From: an uncultured beta proteobacterium | GTDB taxonomy: Bacteria > Pseudomonadota > Gammaproteobacteria > Burkholderiales > Rhodocyclaceae | Length of the DNA stretch: 64,000 nucleotides | Reading direction: 5' to 3' | Assembly (NCBI GenBank): GCA_963823455.1 | Contig: CAWGLO010000002.1 | Location: 590,706 to 654,705, forward strand | Part shown: piece after piece, positions 29,981-43,495 of the stretch | Layout of the letters: each line of letters begins with the position of its first letter | Numbering within the stretch: position 1 is the stretch's first letter | Program-made: the position numbers and the translations under genes | Notes under the pieces: model-generated | What the model was told of the DNA's origin: nothing | The model's database searches: none | Seen by the model: only the letters and a program-made list of their open reading frames with translations

Positions 29981-30556
29981 ATGGAGCAAGGCCGGCGGCG
30001 CCTGACCCATCTCGTCGGCTTCGACGACGCTCCCTTCGAGCGCAGTCACCGCGGCGACGTGCTGCTGGTGGGCGCCGTCTACGCCGGAGCGCGGCTGATC
30101 GGCGTGCTGTCCGGCAAGGTGCGGCGCGACGGCGTCAATTCGACCGTCGCGATCGCCCGCGCCGTGCGCGATTCCCGCTTCTGGCCGCAGTTGCACGCCG
30201 TACTGCTGCAGGGGATCAGCGTCGCCGGCTTTAATGTCGTCAACATAGATCTGCTGTCGCAGACGCTGCAGCGGCCGGTGCTGGTAGTGTCACGGCGGCG
30301 GCCGAACATGGCGGCGATCCGCCGCGCCCTGCTGGAGCATGTACCGGGTGGAAGCCGCAAGTGGGCGCTGATCGAAAAGGCAGGCCCGGTCGAGAGCATG
30401 ACAGGACTGTGGGTGCAGCGCGCCGGCCTTTCGCTGGACCAGGTCGCGCAGGTGCTGCGGGATTCGTGCTGCAACGGCAACGTGCCGGAACCGCTGCGCA
30501 CCGCCCATCTCATCGCCGGAGGCATCGTCCGCGGGGAGAGCCGCGGACGGGTGTAG
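29981..30556 (+). CDS. DUF99 (UPF0215, endonuclease-V-like fold) family protein
   Basis: The pattern GFDDAPF...VLLVGAV..G.....[13 protein letters not shown]...[12 protein letters not shown] is typical of DUF99. Confidence 0.6.
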   Translation: MEQGRRRLTHLVGFDDAPFERSHRGDVLLVGAVYAGARLIGVLSGKVRRDGVNSTVAIARAVRDSRFWPQLHAVLLQGISVAGFNVVNIDLLSQTLQRPVLVVSRRRPNMAAIRRALLEHVPGGSRKWALIEKAGPVESMTGLWVQRAGLSLDQVAQVLRDSCCNGNVPEPLRTAHLIAGGIVRGESRGRV

Positions 30557-30581
30557 GGGCGCCTCCGCCGCCCATAAGCAG

Positions 30582-30607
30582 GAACGCCGCCCCGAGAGGC
30601 GGCGTTC
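30582..30607. terminator. hairpin between convergent DUF99 gene and rpoD (possible bidirectional terminator)
   Basis: Perfect 10-bp stem GAACGCCGCC / GGCGGCGTTC with a 6-nt loop. The T-tract is weak (CTGCTTATG on the rpoD side). Confidence 0.4.
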
Positions 30608-30633
30608 GTGGCCGGGAGGCTTCGCCTGGGCGC

Positions 30634-32778
<2,145 letters not shown>

Positions 32779-32821
32779 TTCTATGCTTCCTCGCTGGCTG
32801 GATTGGCGGCGGAAAAACCGG

Positions 32822-34620
32822 CTATTTTACTATAATTCGCCTGACCGAAGCCGAAACTCCAAGACGCTGTTTCTGCGCCAGAAGTTGCATGAGCCGCTGA
32901 CGTTCGTCGGCGGTTCAGCCCGCCGCTGCGCTCCTTGGCGTTGAGGGCAGCGATCTCGCGTGTGAGGCCGACCCGGCGCAGCTGTTCGAGCGCATCGTTG
33001 AACACGGTTTCCATTGCTGCCTCGTCGAAATTCTCGGCCGCAAGTTCCGCCACGATTTCGTCGAAAAGCGGCTCGTGGGGGCCGGCCACGGAAATACTCG
33101 ATCACCGTGCCGATGCCGCCGGCGGGCAGTTCGCCGTGGTCCACGGCGTCGCACAGGGCCTGCAGCGCCGCGCCTTCGCGCGTCCGTCGGCGAAGCTGGT
33201 CCAGCGGCAGGCTCGGGCGCCCAGCCCGGCTTCTGCAGCACGATCTTGAGCAGCGTGCGCGAGATCGTCGGCGGCGCGCGCCGCGGCGCGGCGCGCACGG
33301 CGGCGTGCCGCCCGCGACAGCGGCCTGAGTTCGCACAGCGCCTCCACTTCCGCCTGGCGTGACGCGGGTCGGCGTCGGCCAGCGCGTCGCGTGAGTTGCA
33401 CGCGCAGCATCGGCGCCTGGATTCGTCCCAGCAGAGCGGTTTGGCCTCGTGCAGCAGCGCGGCGATCGCCCCTCGGCGCTGCCCATGTCGCCGCGCGAGC
33501 GCAGTTCCCGCAGCAGGAAATCGCGTCAGCGGGCACGGCCTGACTCGCCAGTCGCCGGAAGGCGTCGGCGCCCTGCTCGCGCACGAAGCTGTCGGGGTCG
33601 TGCTCCGGCGGCAGGAACAGGAAGGCGACGCTCTTGTCGTCGGCGAGGTGTTCCAGGCTGGCCTCCAGCGCGCGCCACGCCGCCTTGCGGCCGGCGGCAT
33701 CGCCGTCGAAGCAGAACACGACTCGATTGGCCTGGCGCAGCAGCTTGTGCACGTGGTTGCCGGTGGTCGCCGTGCCGAGCGTCGCCACGGCGTCTGCCGA
33801 CGCCGTGCTGGGCCAGGGCGACCACGTCCATGTAGCCTTCGACGACGATCACCGTGTCGTGCGTCGCGGATGGCCTGTCGCGCGCCTGGGGCAGGCCGTA
33901 GAGTTCGCGTCCTTTCTCGAACAGCGGCGTTTCGGGCGAGTTGAGGTACTTCGGGTCTCGCCCTCTGGCCGATGACGCGGCCGCCGAAGCCGATGACGTT
34001 GCCGCGCTGGTCCAGGATGGGGAACATGATGCGGTCGCGGAAGCGGTCGTAGCGGCGGCCCTGCTCGTTGTCGATCGACCAGCCCGCATCTCCAGCAGTT
34101 GCGGCGCCTGGTAGTCGGGAAACACCGCTCGCAGATTCTGCCAGCCGTCGGGCGCATAGCCGATGCCGAAGCGCGCCGCGATCTCCCCCGTCAGGCCGCG
34201 TCCCTTGAGATAGTCGATGGCCGCGGGCTGCCTTCAGCTGCTCCGGTAGAAGCGCGCGGCGCGCGCCATCAGATCGGTGAGCGGCGCGTTCCTCGGCGTT
34301 CTGCGCCTTGCACGCTCTCGGACGCTGCGCGGGCACCTGGCATGCCGACGGCGGAGGCCAGCTCCTCGACCGCCTCGACGAAGCCGAGGCCGGAGTACTG
34401 CCATCAGGAAGCCGATGGCGCTGCCGTGGGCGCCGCAGCCGAAGCAGTGGTAGAACTGCTTGGACGGGCTGACGGTGAAGGAGGGCGTCTTCTCCGTGTG
34501 GAAGGGGCAGCAGGCCGCGTAGTTGGCGCCGCGCCTTCTTGAGCGGAACGTAGCGCTCGATCGACGTCGACGATGTCGACGCGCGACGAGCAGCTCCTGG
34601 ATGAATGACTCGGGGATCAC
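32822..34620 (-). pseudogene. dnaG: DNA primase DnaG; multiple frame switches as assembled; GTG start
   Basis: Zinc finger [30 protein letters not shown]. Toprim [18 protein letters not shown]. The C-terminus reads ...ERQRLMQLLAQKQRLGVSASVRRIIVK* only after a frame change. Confidence 0.9.
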
Positions 34621-34745
34621 ACCGTCGATATGGGGTTGCCCCGACTTCCTGCCAAGGGCTCTAAGCCATTATAGGCAAGTCGTTCCGGCTTGCCGGGAAT
34701 CCGCCTGCGGCCGCGCTCCATGCCTGCGGCCGGGGCGCCGCCGCG

Positions 34746-35205
34746 TCAGCTGCCGCTCAGGGCCGCCTTGACCCGGGCCGAGACCTCGCCCATGTCGGCG
34801 CGGCCGGCGAGCTTCGGCTTGAGCAGGGCCATGACCTTGCCCATGTCCTGCAGGCCCCTTGGCGCCCGACTCGGCGATCACGGCTGCGGCGACGGCGGCG
34901 TCGATCTCGGCCGGCGGACAGCGCCGGCCGGCATGTAGGCCGGTGAGCACCTCGACCTCGAACTTCTCGACGTCGGCCAGATCCTGGCGCTTCGCCGCCT
35001 CGTACTGGCTGATCGAGTCGCGCCGCTGCTTGAGCATCTTCTCGATCACGGCGACGATGCCGGCGTCGTCGAGTTCGATGCGCTCATCCACTTCGCTCTG
35101 CTTCATGGCGGCCATGAGCAGGCGGATGGCGCCGACAGGCGCGCGGTGTCCCTGGCGCTTCATGGCGGTCTTCATGTCTTCGGTGATGCGGGTCTTGAGA
35201 CTCAT
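34746..35205 (-). pseudogene. yqeY: GatB/YqeY-domain protein; two frame breaks in the C-terminal third
   Basis: [16 protein letters not shown]...; the end ...ADMGEVSARVKAALSGS* is in another frame. Confidence 0.8.
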
Positions 35206-35287
35206 CGATTGTGGCATCCAGAAACGCAAAACAGCCGGCGCCGCCAAAGCGGGGCCGGCGCTTCCTGCCGGTATTCGGGCTGCGGGC

Positions 35288-35500
35288 CTAGTAGAGCTTG
35301 GGCGGCAGCATCTGGCTGCGCAGGCGCTTGTGGTGGCGCTTCACGGCGGCGGCCAGCTTGCGCTTGCGCTCGGAGGTGGGCTTTTCGTAGAACTCGCGCG
35401 CGCGCAGTTCGGTCAGCATGCCGGCCTTTTCGATGGTGCGCTTGAAGCGGCGGATGGCGACTTCGAAGGGCTCATTTTCCTTGACGCGAACACCGGGCAT
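35288..35500 (-). CDS. rpsU: 30S ribosomal protein S21
   Basis: [48 protein letters not shown]..., 70 aa. Confidence 0.95.
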   Translation of the reverse strand: MPGVRVKENEPFEVAIRRFKRTIEKAGMLTELRAREFYEKPTSERKRKLAAAVKRHHKRLRSQMLPPKLY

Positions 35501-35639
35501 TGCTACGTTCCTTGGCGATTGCAGAAAGGGCGAGAGTGTGACCCGTTTCCCCGGAATCCAAGTGCCGGTTCGGACGCATCGCTGCCGGCTCGGGGGACGC
35601 GGCCGCGCCGCGGCTACAATAGCGGCTTTTTCGCCAGCC

Positions 35640-36681
35640 ATGCTTGTCCTCGGCATCGAAACCTCCTGCGACGAAACCGGCGTCGCCCTGTACGACACGG
35701 ATCGCGGCCTGCTCGCGCACGCCGTGCATACCCAGGTCGACCATGCACGAGGCCTACGGCGGCGTGGTGCCGGAGCTGGCCTCGCGCGACCACATCCGGC
35801 GTCTGCTGCCGCTGGCGCGCCAGGTGCTGGCCGAGGCCGGCTGCGGTGATGGCAGACATCGACGGCATCGCCTACACCGCGGGGCCCGGACTGGCCGGCG
35901 CGCTGCTGGTGGGCGCCAGCGTCGCCGAGGCGCTGGCCTATGCCCTGGACGTGCCTGCGCTGCCGATCCACCACCTGGAGGGCCATCTGCTCTCGCCGCT
36001 GCTGTCGCAGGATCCGCCGCGGTTTCCCTTCGTCGCCCTGCTGGTTTCGGGCGGACACACGCAGCTGATGCGGGTGGCGGGGGTCGGCGCTTACGAGCTG
36101 CTCGGCGAGTCGGTCGACGACGCCGCCGGCGAAGCCTTCGACAAGACCGCCAAGCTGCTCGGTCTCGGCTACCCCGGCGGGCCGCGCTGGCGCGACTGGC
36201 CGCGCGGCGGCAGGCCGGGCGCTTCAAGCTGCCGCGGCCGATGCTCGCACAGCGGCGACCTCGACTTCAGCTTCAGCGGCCTCAAGACGGCGGTGCTGAC
36301 CGCGGTGCGCGGCCGGACGCTGACGCGACGCGGAGCGCGCCGATCTCGCCGGCGAGTTCCAGGAGGCGGTCGACGGACGTGCTGGTGGCGAAAGTCGCCT
36401 GGCGCACTGCAGCACTGCGGCCTCGATCAGCTGGTGGTGGCGGGCGGCGTCGGCGCCAATCGGCGCCTGCGGCGAGCGGCTCGATGCGCGAGGCCGGCGC
36501 GCGCCGGCTTCCGCGTGTTCTATCCGGAGCTCGAGCTGTGCACCGACAACGGCGCGATGATCGCCTTCGCCGGCGCCCAGCGGCTGCCGGCCGGGCCTGC
36601 CGGCGCCGGTGCCGGCGCCTTCGCGGTGCGGCCGCGCTGGCCGCTGGCGAACCTGGTTCAGCCGACGGCGGGCCTTCCTGA
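35640..36681 (+). pseudogene. tsaD: tRNA N6-adenosine threonylcarbamoyltransferase TsaD; several frame switches; 3' end uncertain
   Basis: [19 protein letters not shown], then [16 protein letters not shown], then [21 protein letters not shown]...HHLEGHL...VSGGHTQL...[23 protein letters not shown], each in a different frame. Divergent from rpsU, as in E. coli. Confidence 0.85.
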
Positions 36682-37300
36682 GCGCTCTTCTTCTGGCCGA
36701 TCCGGCGTTTCGCGTGCCGGCCGAGCAGGCGCTGGATGTTCGCCGCGGTGGCGCAGTACCAGCAGCGGCCGACATGACGGTCGCCGCGGCGACGTGAGTC
36801 GTCGGCGCCGAAGTACTTGAGGAAGACGAACGGTGCGCACACCGCCGCCGCCACCGCCGCCAGCGACGAGTAGCGGATACAGCGCCGCCACCGCGATCCA
36901 GGCTCCCAGCGCCGCCAGCGCCGATCCAGGCGTTGAAGCCGAGCAGTACGCCGAGCGCCGTGGCGACGCCCTTGCCGCCCCGGAAGCTGCAGAAAGACCG
37001 GGAACACATGACCGAGGAATGCCGCCACCCCGGCGAAGGCGATGGCCAGAGTGCCGGCGCCGCCACTGCGGTCCGTAGCGCTGCGCCAGCCACACCGCGA
37101 GCCAGCCCTTGAAGCGCGTCGCCCAGCAGCGTCAGCAGCGCCGCCGAGCTTGTTGCCGCTGCGCAGCACGTTGGTCGCGCCGGGGTTGCCCGAGCCGTAG
37201 CTGCGCGGGTCGGCGAGACCGAAGGCGCGGCTCACGATCACGGCGAACGGCAGGGAGCCGAGCAGGTAGCCGAGAGGACGAGGAGAAGCGCGGAGTTCAT
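36660..37300 (-). pseudogene. plsY: glycerol-3-phosphate acyltransferase PlsY; several frame switches; 3' end approximate
   Basis: MNSALLL..., [39 protein letters not shown] and ANIQRLL fragments lie in three frames. Confidence 0.8.
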
Positions 37301-37352
37301 GTCAGGTAGATTGGCCTAGAATTGGCAGGATTCTAATCGAGAACGCCGAGGC

Positions 37353-37705
37353 ATGGACTTCATCTTCATCGACGAACTGCGCGTCGAGGCCAACGTCGGC
37401 ATCTATGCCGCGCGAGAAGGCGACTTCGCAGATGCTCGAGATCAGTCTCACCTTCGGCGTGCCGGACGAGGCGGCCGCCCGACGACAATATCGCGCAACA
37501 CCATCGACTATGCCGAAGTGATTGCCCGCATCCGGCATGAGCTGACGGCACACCACTTCAACCTGCTGGAGACGCTGGGCGAGCACATCGTCGCCTGATG
37601 TTCGACGAGTTCGGCGCGCCGTGGGTGAAGATCTCGATCGCCAAGGTGGGGATCATCAAGGGCGTCAAGCGCGTCGGCGTCCACATCGAACGCGGGCGGG
37701 CGTGA
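37353..37705 (+). pseudogene. folB: dihydroneopterin aldolase FolB; at least two frame breaks
   Basis: MDFIFIDELRVEANVGIY..., TIDYAEVIARIRHEL....LLETLGEHIVA, then FDEFGAPWVKISIAKVGIIKGVKRVGVHIERGRA* in another frame. Confidence 0.8.
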
Positions 37706-37763
37706 TCCGCGGGGACTGCGCACCGACGGGGACGGCATGGAGTCCGCCGACTGTGGCGAACGC

Positions 37764-37882
37764 TCATGGAATGCCAGCCTGCCCCGCATGATGAAGGTCC
37801 TTGCCCTGACCGGTTCCCTCACCCCCAGCCCGTCTCCCGGCGGGAGATGGAAGCTTCGAGCGTCGCTGGCGCGACTTTCACG
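37764..37882 (+). repeat. full-length copy (119 nt) of MITE-like palindromic repeat family 1
   Basis: Aligns without gaps to 62643-62761 (18 mismatches of 119 by hand). Contains CCCTCACCCCCAGCCC, a TCTCCCG/CGGGAGA hairpin and AAGCTTCGAG. Ends 2 nt before the ybaK stop codon. Confidence 0.8.
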
Positions 37883-37884
37883 CC

Positions 37885-38376
37885 TTATTGCGGCATGCCG
37901 GCATCGACCAGCTTCGGCTGCAGGATGCGCAGGATGTCGTGGGGATGGACGCCGACGAGAAACCCGCGCCGCCCGCCGTTGATGTAGATCAGCGCCAGGT
38001 CGAGGATGGATTTCTCCATGTACACCGGCAGCGTCTTGCGCGTCCCGAACGGCGAGGTGCCGCCGACCAGGTAGCCGGTGTGGCGCTGGGCGACCTCAGG
38101 CTTGCAGGCTTCCACCTTCTTCACGCCGATCTGGCGCGCCAGTTCCTTGGTGGATACCTTGCGGTCGCCGTGCATGAGGACTACGAGGGGCTTGCGGTTC
38201 TCGTCCTCCATGACCAGCGTCTTGACGACGGCATGCTCCGGGACGTTGAGTTCGCGCGCCGACACCTTCGTTCCGCCATGCTCCTCGTACGCATAGAAAT
38301 GGTTCGAGTGCGCAATGTGGTGGCTGCGCAGGAACTTGGTGGCGGGCGTTTCGGGGCCCTGGTCGTTCTTGTACAT
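37885..38376 (-). CDS. ybaK: Cys-tRNA(Pro)/Cys-tRNA(Cys) deacylase YbaK
   Basis: KTLVMEDENRKPLVVLMHGDRKVSTKELARQIG...GYLVGGTSPFG pattern of YbaK/EbsC. Confidence 0.85.
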   Translation of the reverse strand: MYKNDQGPETPATKFLRSHHIAHSNHFYAYEEHGGTKVSARELNVPEHAVVKTLVMEDENRKPLVVLMHGDRKVSTKELARQIGVKKVEACKPEVAQRHTGYLVGGTSPFGTRKTLPVYMEKSILDLALIYINGGRRGFLVGVHPHDILRILQPKLVDAGMPQ

Positions 38377-38431
38377 GCTTCAAGTGTAGCGCAGAGACGA
38401 ACATGAGCTTTCGGCGCTGCCCCCTGAATTC

Positions 38432-39350
38432 CTACCCGCGCGGATGATGCCGGGCGTGAAGCTGCTTCAGGCGCTCGCGGGCGACATGCGTATAGACCTG
38501 GGTGGTGGAGATGTCGGCATGTCCGAGCAGCAGTTGCACCACGCGCAGGTCGGCGCCGTGGTTGATGAGGTGGGTGGCGAAGGCGTGGCGCAGGACATGG
38601 GGCGATATGCGCGCTGCCGCGATGCCCGCCGCCACGGCGTGGCGCTTGACCAGAGTCCAGAACATCTGCCGCGTCATGCCGCTAGCGCGGGCCGTGACGA
38701 ACACTTCATTGCAGGTCCTGCCCTTCAGCAACTCGGGACGCGCCTGCCGCAGGTAGCGCTCGACCCATTCCTGGGCCACCTGTCCCAGCGGCACCAGCCG
38801 CTCCTTCGAGCCCTTGCCGAAGACGCGCACCACGCCCATGTCCAGACTCAGCTCGAACAGCTTGAGTCCGACCAGCTCCGACACCCGCAGTCCGCAGGCA
38901 TAGAGCACTTCGAGCATGGCGCGGTCGCGCAGGCCGAGGTGCAGTGTCTACGTTGGGCGCGTCCAGCAGGGCCTCCACCTGCGCCTCCGACAGGGTCTTC
39001 GGGAAGCGCTCGGCGGGCGCAGGCGGCTCGATGTTGAGGGTGGGGTCGGCTGCGATGCGGCCGTCGGCGAGAAGGTGGCGGTAGAAGCGGCGCAGCGCGG
39101 ACAGCAGGCGGCGCTGGCTGGTGGCCTTGGCGCGGAGGCTGAAGTCCCGCAGGTAGGCGGCGAGCTCGACCGGTGTCACGGCCGCCAGCGAGACGCGCCG
39201 CGGCACGAGCCAGAGGGCGAACTGCGCCAGATCGCTGCGATAGCCGGCGAGCGTGTTGCGCGAGAGCCCGTGTTCCAGCCAGAGCGTGTCGCAGAAGGCA
39301 TCCAGCAGGACGCTCTCGGACTCCGCCGCCGGCTGGGCGGCGGCGTTCAT
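38432..39350 (-). pseudogene. xerD: site-specific tyrosine recombinase XerD; single frame break near 38940-38950
   Basis: N-terminal half LSRNTLAGYRSDLAQFALWL. The C-terminal half in ORF 38432-38917 ends [42 protein letters not shown], close to E. coli XerD. Confidence 0.85.
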
Positions 39351-39820
39351 CGCGCCCGCTCGTGCGTCAGCAGCCAGCGCTTGACCTCGAGCAGCAGGCC
39401 ACCTCGCGCATGGGCGAAGCCACCCAGGCCCGCCGTTCCGACCACGCGATGGCAGGGCACCACCACCGGATACGGATTCGCGCCGCAGGCCTGTCCAACC
39501 GCGCGAGGGGCGCTGTTCAGTTGCTGGGCGAGCGCGCCGTAGGTGGCCGTCGCGCCACGCGGAATGGCGCGGATCGCCTGCCACACCCGCCGCTGGAAGG
39601 GTGTGCCGCGGGGCTGGAGGGGAAGATCGAAGGATGCGGCGGGATCACGCAGATAGGCTTCCAGTTGGCGGCAGGCGCGCCGCGCCAGTTCGTCCCGGGG
39701 TGCGCGCGCCGGCGTTGTCGGAGGCAGGAACTCGATTTCCGCGATGGCATCGCCGTCGATGCGCACGCCCAGCGCGAAACCGGGCGCGGTCACCACGGCA
39801 TCGAAGCCGGCGTCGCTCAC
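39347..39820 (-). CDS. ogt: methylated-DNA--protein-cysteine methyltransferase
   Basis: TPFQRRVWQAIRAIPRGATATYG and the PCHRVV active site. Its stop overlaps the xerD start (ATGA). Confidence 0.85.
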   Translation of the reverse strand: MSDAGFDAVVTAPGFALGVRIDGDAIAEIEFLPPTTPARAPRDELARRACRQLEAYLRDPAASFDLPLQPRGTPFQRRVWQAIRAIPRGATATYGALAQQLNSAPRAVGQACGANPYPVVVPCHRVVGTAGLGGFAHARGGLLLEVKRWLLTHERAR

Positions 39821-39827
39821 CGCGGCT

Positions 39828-40406
39828 TCAACCGGCCTTGCCGAGCAGCGCCTCTTTCAGGTCGCCCTGGGCCGGTTTTTCGCCGAGCCAGACCTTGAGC
39901 AGGGCGCGGTAGAACTCTTCGCCGGCGATCGCCTTGCCCTTGGGCTGGTCATTCACCGTGAGACGGGTGCCGGCGTCGGGCGCGAAGTCGATCGCGATCA
40001 CGGTGCCCGTGGGCGCCGCGTTGAGCGCCAGCAGCGTGGCCCTGAATTCGTCCACCGCCGGCTTGAGGGCCGCCAGCTCGGCTTCGGTGTGGTTCTTGTC
40101 GATCTGCTCCACCAGCGCGTCGGCGAACTGCTGGGCCGTGAGATCGCGCAGCGTCACGATGCGCACGCGCTTGGCGCCCTTCAGCGCCAGCACCGCATCG
40201 GCGCTGGCCTTCTTCTCCGGCAGATAGAGGCCGATCGAATACACCTTGAAGAAGGCGCGGGTGCGTATCCCCGTCCCGTTGAGGGTGAGCTCGCTGCTCC
40301 CGACCTTGGCCTTGTCCTCGAACTTGACGCCGCCGACTTCCACGGCGGCGGCCGGCAATGCAATCAGGGTGGCGGCGAGCGCCAGGGAGCGCAGGATTTT
40401 GATCAC
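39828..40406 (-). CDS. chalcone-isomerase-like family periplasmic protein (GTG start)
   Basis: Signal peptide followed by LNGTGIRTRAFFKVYSIGLYLPEK. GTG at 40406 is preceded by AAGGAGAAG. Confidence 0.7.
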   Translation of the reverse strand: MIKILRSLALAATLIALPAAAVEVGGVKFEDKAKVGSSELTLNGTGIRTRAFFKVYSIGLYLPEKKASADAVLALKGAKRVRIVTLRDLTAQQFADALVEQIDKNHTEAELAALKPAVDEFRATLLALNAAPTGTVIAIDFAPDAGTRLTVNDQPKGKAIAGEEFYRALLKVWLGEKPAQGDLKEALLGKAG

Positions 40407-40440
40407 GGTCTTCTCCTTGGTTGGTGTTGCAGATGGCAAG

Positions 40441-41715
40441 TCAGGCACGTACCTCGCCGTTGCCCAGCACGATCCACTTCTGGCTGGTGAGGCCCTCCAG
40501 TCCGACCGGGCCGCGGGCATGCAGCTTGTCGGTGGAGATGCCGATCTCGGCGCCGAGGCCGTATTCGAAGCCGTCGGCGAAGCGCGTCGAGGCATTCACC
40601 ATCACCGAGCTGGAATCCACCTCGCGCAGGAAGCGCATCGCCCGCGTGTAGTTCTCGGTGACGATGGCATCGGTGTGCTGGGAGCTGTAGGTGTTGATGT
40701 GCTCGATCGCCTCGTCGATGCCCTCCACCACGCGCACCGACAGGATCGGCGCCAGGTACTCGGTGCGCCAGTCTTCCTCGGTGGCGGCGCTTCATCGTGC
40801 AGCGACCAGCGCGCGCGACGCTTCGCAGCCGCGCAGCTCCACGCCCTTGTCGAGATAGAGCTGCGCCAGTTGCGGCAGCACCGTGGCGGCGACGGCCTGC
40901 GCCACCAGCAGCGTCTCCATGGTGTTGCAGGTGCCGTAGCGGTGGGTCTTGGCGTTGTCGGCGATGCGCACCGCCTTGGCGATGTCGGCATCGTCGTCGA
41001 TATAGACGTGGCAGATGCCGTCCAGGTGCTTGATCACCGGGATGCGCGCCTCGTTCGAGATGCGCTCGATCAGGCCCTTGCCGCCGCGCGGCACGATGAC
41101 GTCCACATATTCCTGCATGGTGATCAGCGCGCCCACCGCGGCGCGGTCGGTGGTCTCCACCACCTGCACCGCCGCCTCCGGCAGCCCGGCGCTGCGCAGG
41201 CCTTCATGCACCAGCGCCGCCAGGGCGCGGTTGCAGTGGATCGCCTCCGAGCCGCCGCGCAGGATGGCGGCATTGCCCGCCTTCAGGCACAGGCCGGCCG
41301 CATCCACCGTCACGTTGGGACGCGCCTCGTAGATGATGCCGATGACGCCCAGCGGCACCCGCATCCGCCCGACCTGGATGCCGGTCGGGCGGTACTTCAG
41401 GTCGCTGATCTCGCCGATCGGATCGGCCAGGGCGGCGATCTGCTCCAGCCCTTCCGCCATCGTGGCCACCGCCTTGTCGGAGAGCGCAAGGCGGTCGAGC
41501 ATCGCCTCCTCCATGCCGGCGGCGCGGGCCGCCGCCACGTCCTCGCGGTTGGCGGCCTTGATCTTCTCCGCGTCGCGGCGCACGGCAGCGGCGATGGCGG
41601 CGAGCGCCCGGTTCTTGTCGTCGGTCGACGCCTTCGCCATCTGGCGCGAAGCCGCTCGCGCCCGGCGGCCGAGGTTCTGTATGTAGTCCTGGATGTTCAG
41701 TGGTTCCGCTTTCAT
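40441..41715 (-). pseudogene. proA: gamma-glutamyl phosphate reductase ProA; two frame breaks near 40740-40800
   Basis: [20 protein letters not shown]...[10 protein letters not shown]...[18 protein letters not shown] in ORF 40792-41994. The C-terminal [20 protein letters not shown]...[36 protein letters not shown] is in ORF 40441-40737. Confidence 0.9.
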
Positions 41716-42734
41716 TTGCCTGCCTTCTTTCCTGTGACCCGCAGCGCGAGCTGGAGAAATTCGTCCCACACGTCTCCCGGCGCCAGCCCCTTGATCATGC
41801 GGTCGATGCGGGCGGCATGGAGCAGGGCGGAGCGCAGGCGCGTCGCCGACAAGCGCCCCAGGGCCTGCCGCAGCGCCTGGGCACGGCGCTCGTCGAACAC
41901 CCGCTCGTCCTTGAGCGCCGCGGCCACCGGCCTGCCGCTGTCCACACTGCCCTTGACTGCCGCCAGGGTGCGCACCTCCGTAGCCAGCGACCACAGCACC
42001 AGCGGCGCCGCCACGCCTTCGGCCCGCAGGCCGTCGAGCAGCCGCGCGCAGCGCCCGGCGTCGCCGGCGAGCAGGGCCGATCGCAGCTGGTCGACATCAT
42101 AGCGCGCGACATTCAGCACCGCATCTTCCACCTGCTCGAAGCGCAGGGCGCCGGCGGGGTGGAGCAGACCGAGTTTCTGGATCTCCTGGTGGGCGGCGAG
42201 CAGGTTGCCTTCGACATGGGCGGCGATGAACTCCAGCGCCTCGCGCGGCGCCGACTGCTGCTGCCGGGCCAGGCGCTGCGCGACCCATTCCGGCAGCCGC
42301 GGCAGTTCCGGCGCGTTCAGTTCGATCACCATCCCGGCCTGCTGCAGGGTGGCGAACCAGGAGGTCTTGCGTGCCTGCCAGTCGAGCTGGGGCAGGGTGA
42401 CGAGGGACACGATGTCCGCGCCGAGGCGGCCGCAGTAGCGTGTCAGGGCGTCCGTGCCCTCGCGCCCGGGCTTGCCGTTGGGAATGCGCAGGTCGATCAC
42501 CTTGCGCTCGCCGAAGAGGGAGAGATTGCCGGCGGCCAGGTGCAGATCGCCCCAGTCGAAGGTGGGACCGGCCACCAGCACCTCGCGCTCGGTGAAACCC
42601 TGGGCACGGGCCGCGGCGCGCACCGCATCGCCCGCTTCCGCCACCAGCAGCGGCTCGTTGCCGTGCAGCACGTAGAGCGCCGCCAAGGGCTGGGCGAGGT
42701 GGGCGGATAGCTGCTCGGGGCGCAGTTGCGGCAT
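41712..42734 (-). CDS. holA: DNA polymerase III delta subunit
   Basis: [27 protein letters not shown] and position after lptE. 340 aa, intact. Confidence 0.85.
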   Translation of the reverse strand: MPQLRPEQLSAHLAQPLAALYVLHGNEPLLVAEAGDAVRAAARAQGFTEREVLVAGPTFDWGDLHLAAGNLSLFGERKVIDLRIPNGKPGREGTDALTRYCGRLGADIVSLVTLPQLDWQARKTSWFATLQQAGMVIELNAPELPRLPEWVAQRLARQQQSAPREALEFIAAHVEGNLLAAHQEIQKLGLLHPAGALRFEQVEDAVLNVARYDVDQLRSALLAGDAGRCARLLDGLRAEGVAAPLVLWSLATEVRTLAAVKGSVDSGRPVAAALKDERVFDERRAQALRQALGRLSATRLRSALLHAARIDRMIKGLAPGDVWDEFLQLALRVTGKKAGK

Positions 42735-42806
42735 GGGGAAGGGGGCTGGCTATGCCGGTTTCGCGCTGACGGCGCGGGGCGGCGCCTCGCGCTTGCGCAC
42801 GGGAAT

Positions 42807-43295
42807 CTATTCGGGCTTCTTCGCCGCGGCGAGCCGCAGCATGATCTGCTGCACCAGGTCGTTCTGCATGTCGCGATAGAGCAGCACTTCCTCCTGTTCC
42901 TTGGCGAGGAGGACCGAATCGCCGAAGGTGTAGTCGCGTTTCAGCACGATCTCGTTCTGGGGCAGGAAATCGCGGCCCTTGACGTCATGGACGCGGAAGA
43001 CGAAGCGGTAGCGCAATTCGAACTCGCGCACCCTTCCCGACGAATCCAGGCTCAGTATCGATTTCTCCTTCGCTTCGGAGACGATGGTGAGCAGCGCCTC
43101 CGCGTCTTTGGGCGTGTCGGCGATGCGGGTGCCGCCGCTGGCCCGGATGCTGCGCCGCAGCGCCGCCCCCAGGTCCGAATATTCCGTGGCGCCGACGTAC
43201 AGGCTCTCGAACGGCAGCGCCCGCGGGCCGCGCAGGTGGAAGCCGCACGCGCTCAGCGCAGCGGCCACGAGAAGTACAAGGAATAGTCGAAGCAC
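42807..43295 (-). CDS. lptE: LPS-assembly lipoprotein LptE (GTG start)
   Basis: Lipobox [10 protein letters not shown] and conserved position between leuS and holA. GTG at 43295 is in frame with the stop at 42807. Confidence 0.8.
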   Translation of the reverse strand: MLRLFLVLLVAAALSACGFHLRGPRALPFESLYVGATEYSDLGAALRRSIRASGGTRIADTPKDAEALLTIVSEAKEKSILSLDSSGRVREFELRYRFVFRVHDVKGRDFLPQNEIVLKRDYTFGDSVLLAKEQEEVLLYRDMQNDLVQQIMLRLAAAKKPE

Positions 43296-43339
43296 GGGTA
43301 GTCCCACCGCTGGAGGATCGGCTCGGAAGTGTGAATCTG

Positions 43340-43495
43340 GGAAAAGCAGTTGACCGCCCGCAACGCAGAGATCGCGGAGGCACAGAGAACGCGGAGCAGA
43401 AGATTCGACGAACACCCGCTGGGTACGCGTGCGTTGATCTGGAGAACTCTGCGTCCTCATGGTTTTCTCAGCGAACTCTGCGTCGAACGAGGTTT
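43340..43495. repeat. inverted GCAGAG-type repeat units filling the leuS-lptE spacer
   Basis: GCAGAGATCGCGGAG... (43365-43412) versus the reverse complement of ...CTCAGCGAACTCTGC (43442-43492), i.e. GCAGAGTTCGCTGAG. Confidence 0.4.
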
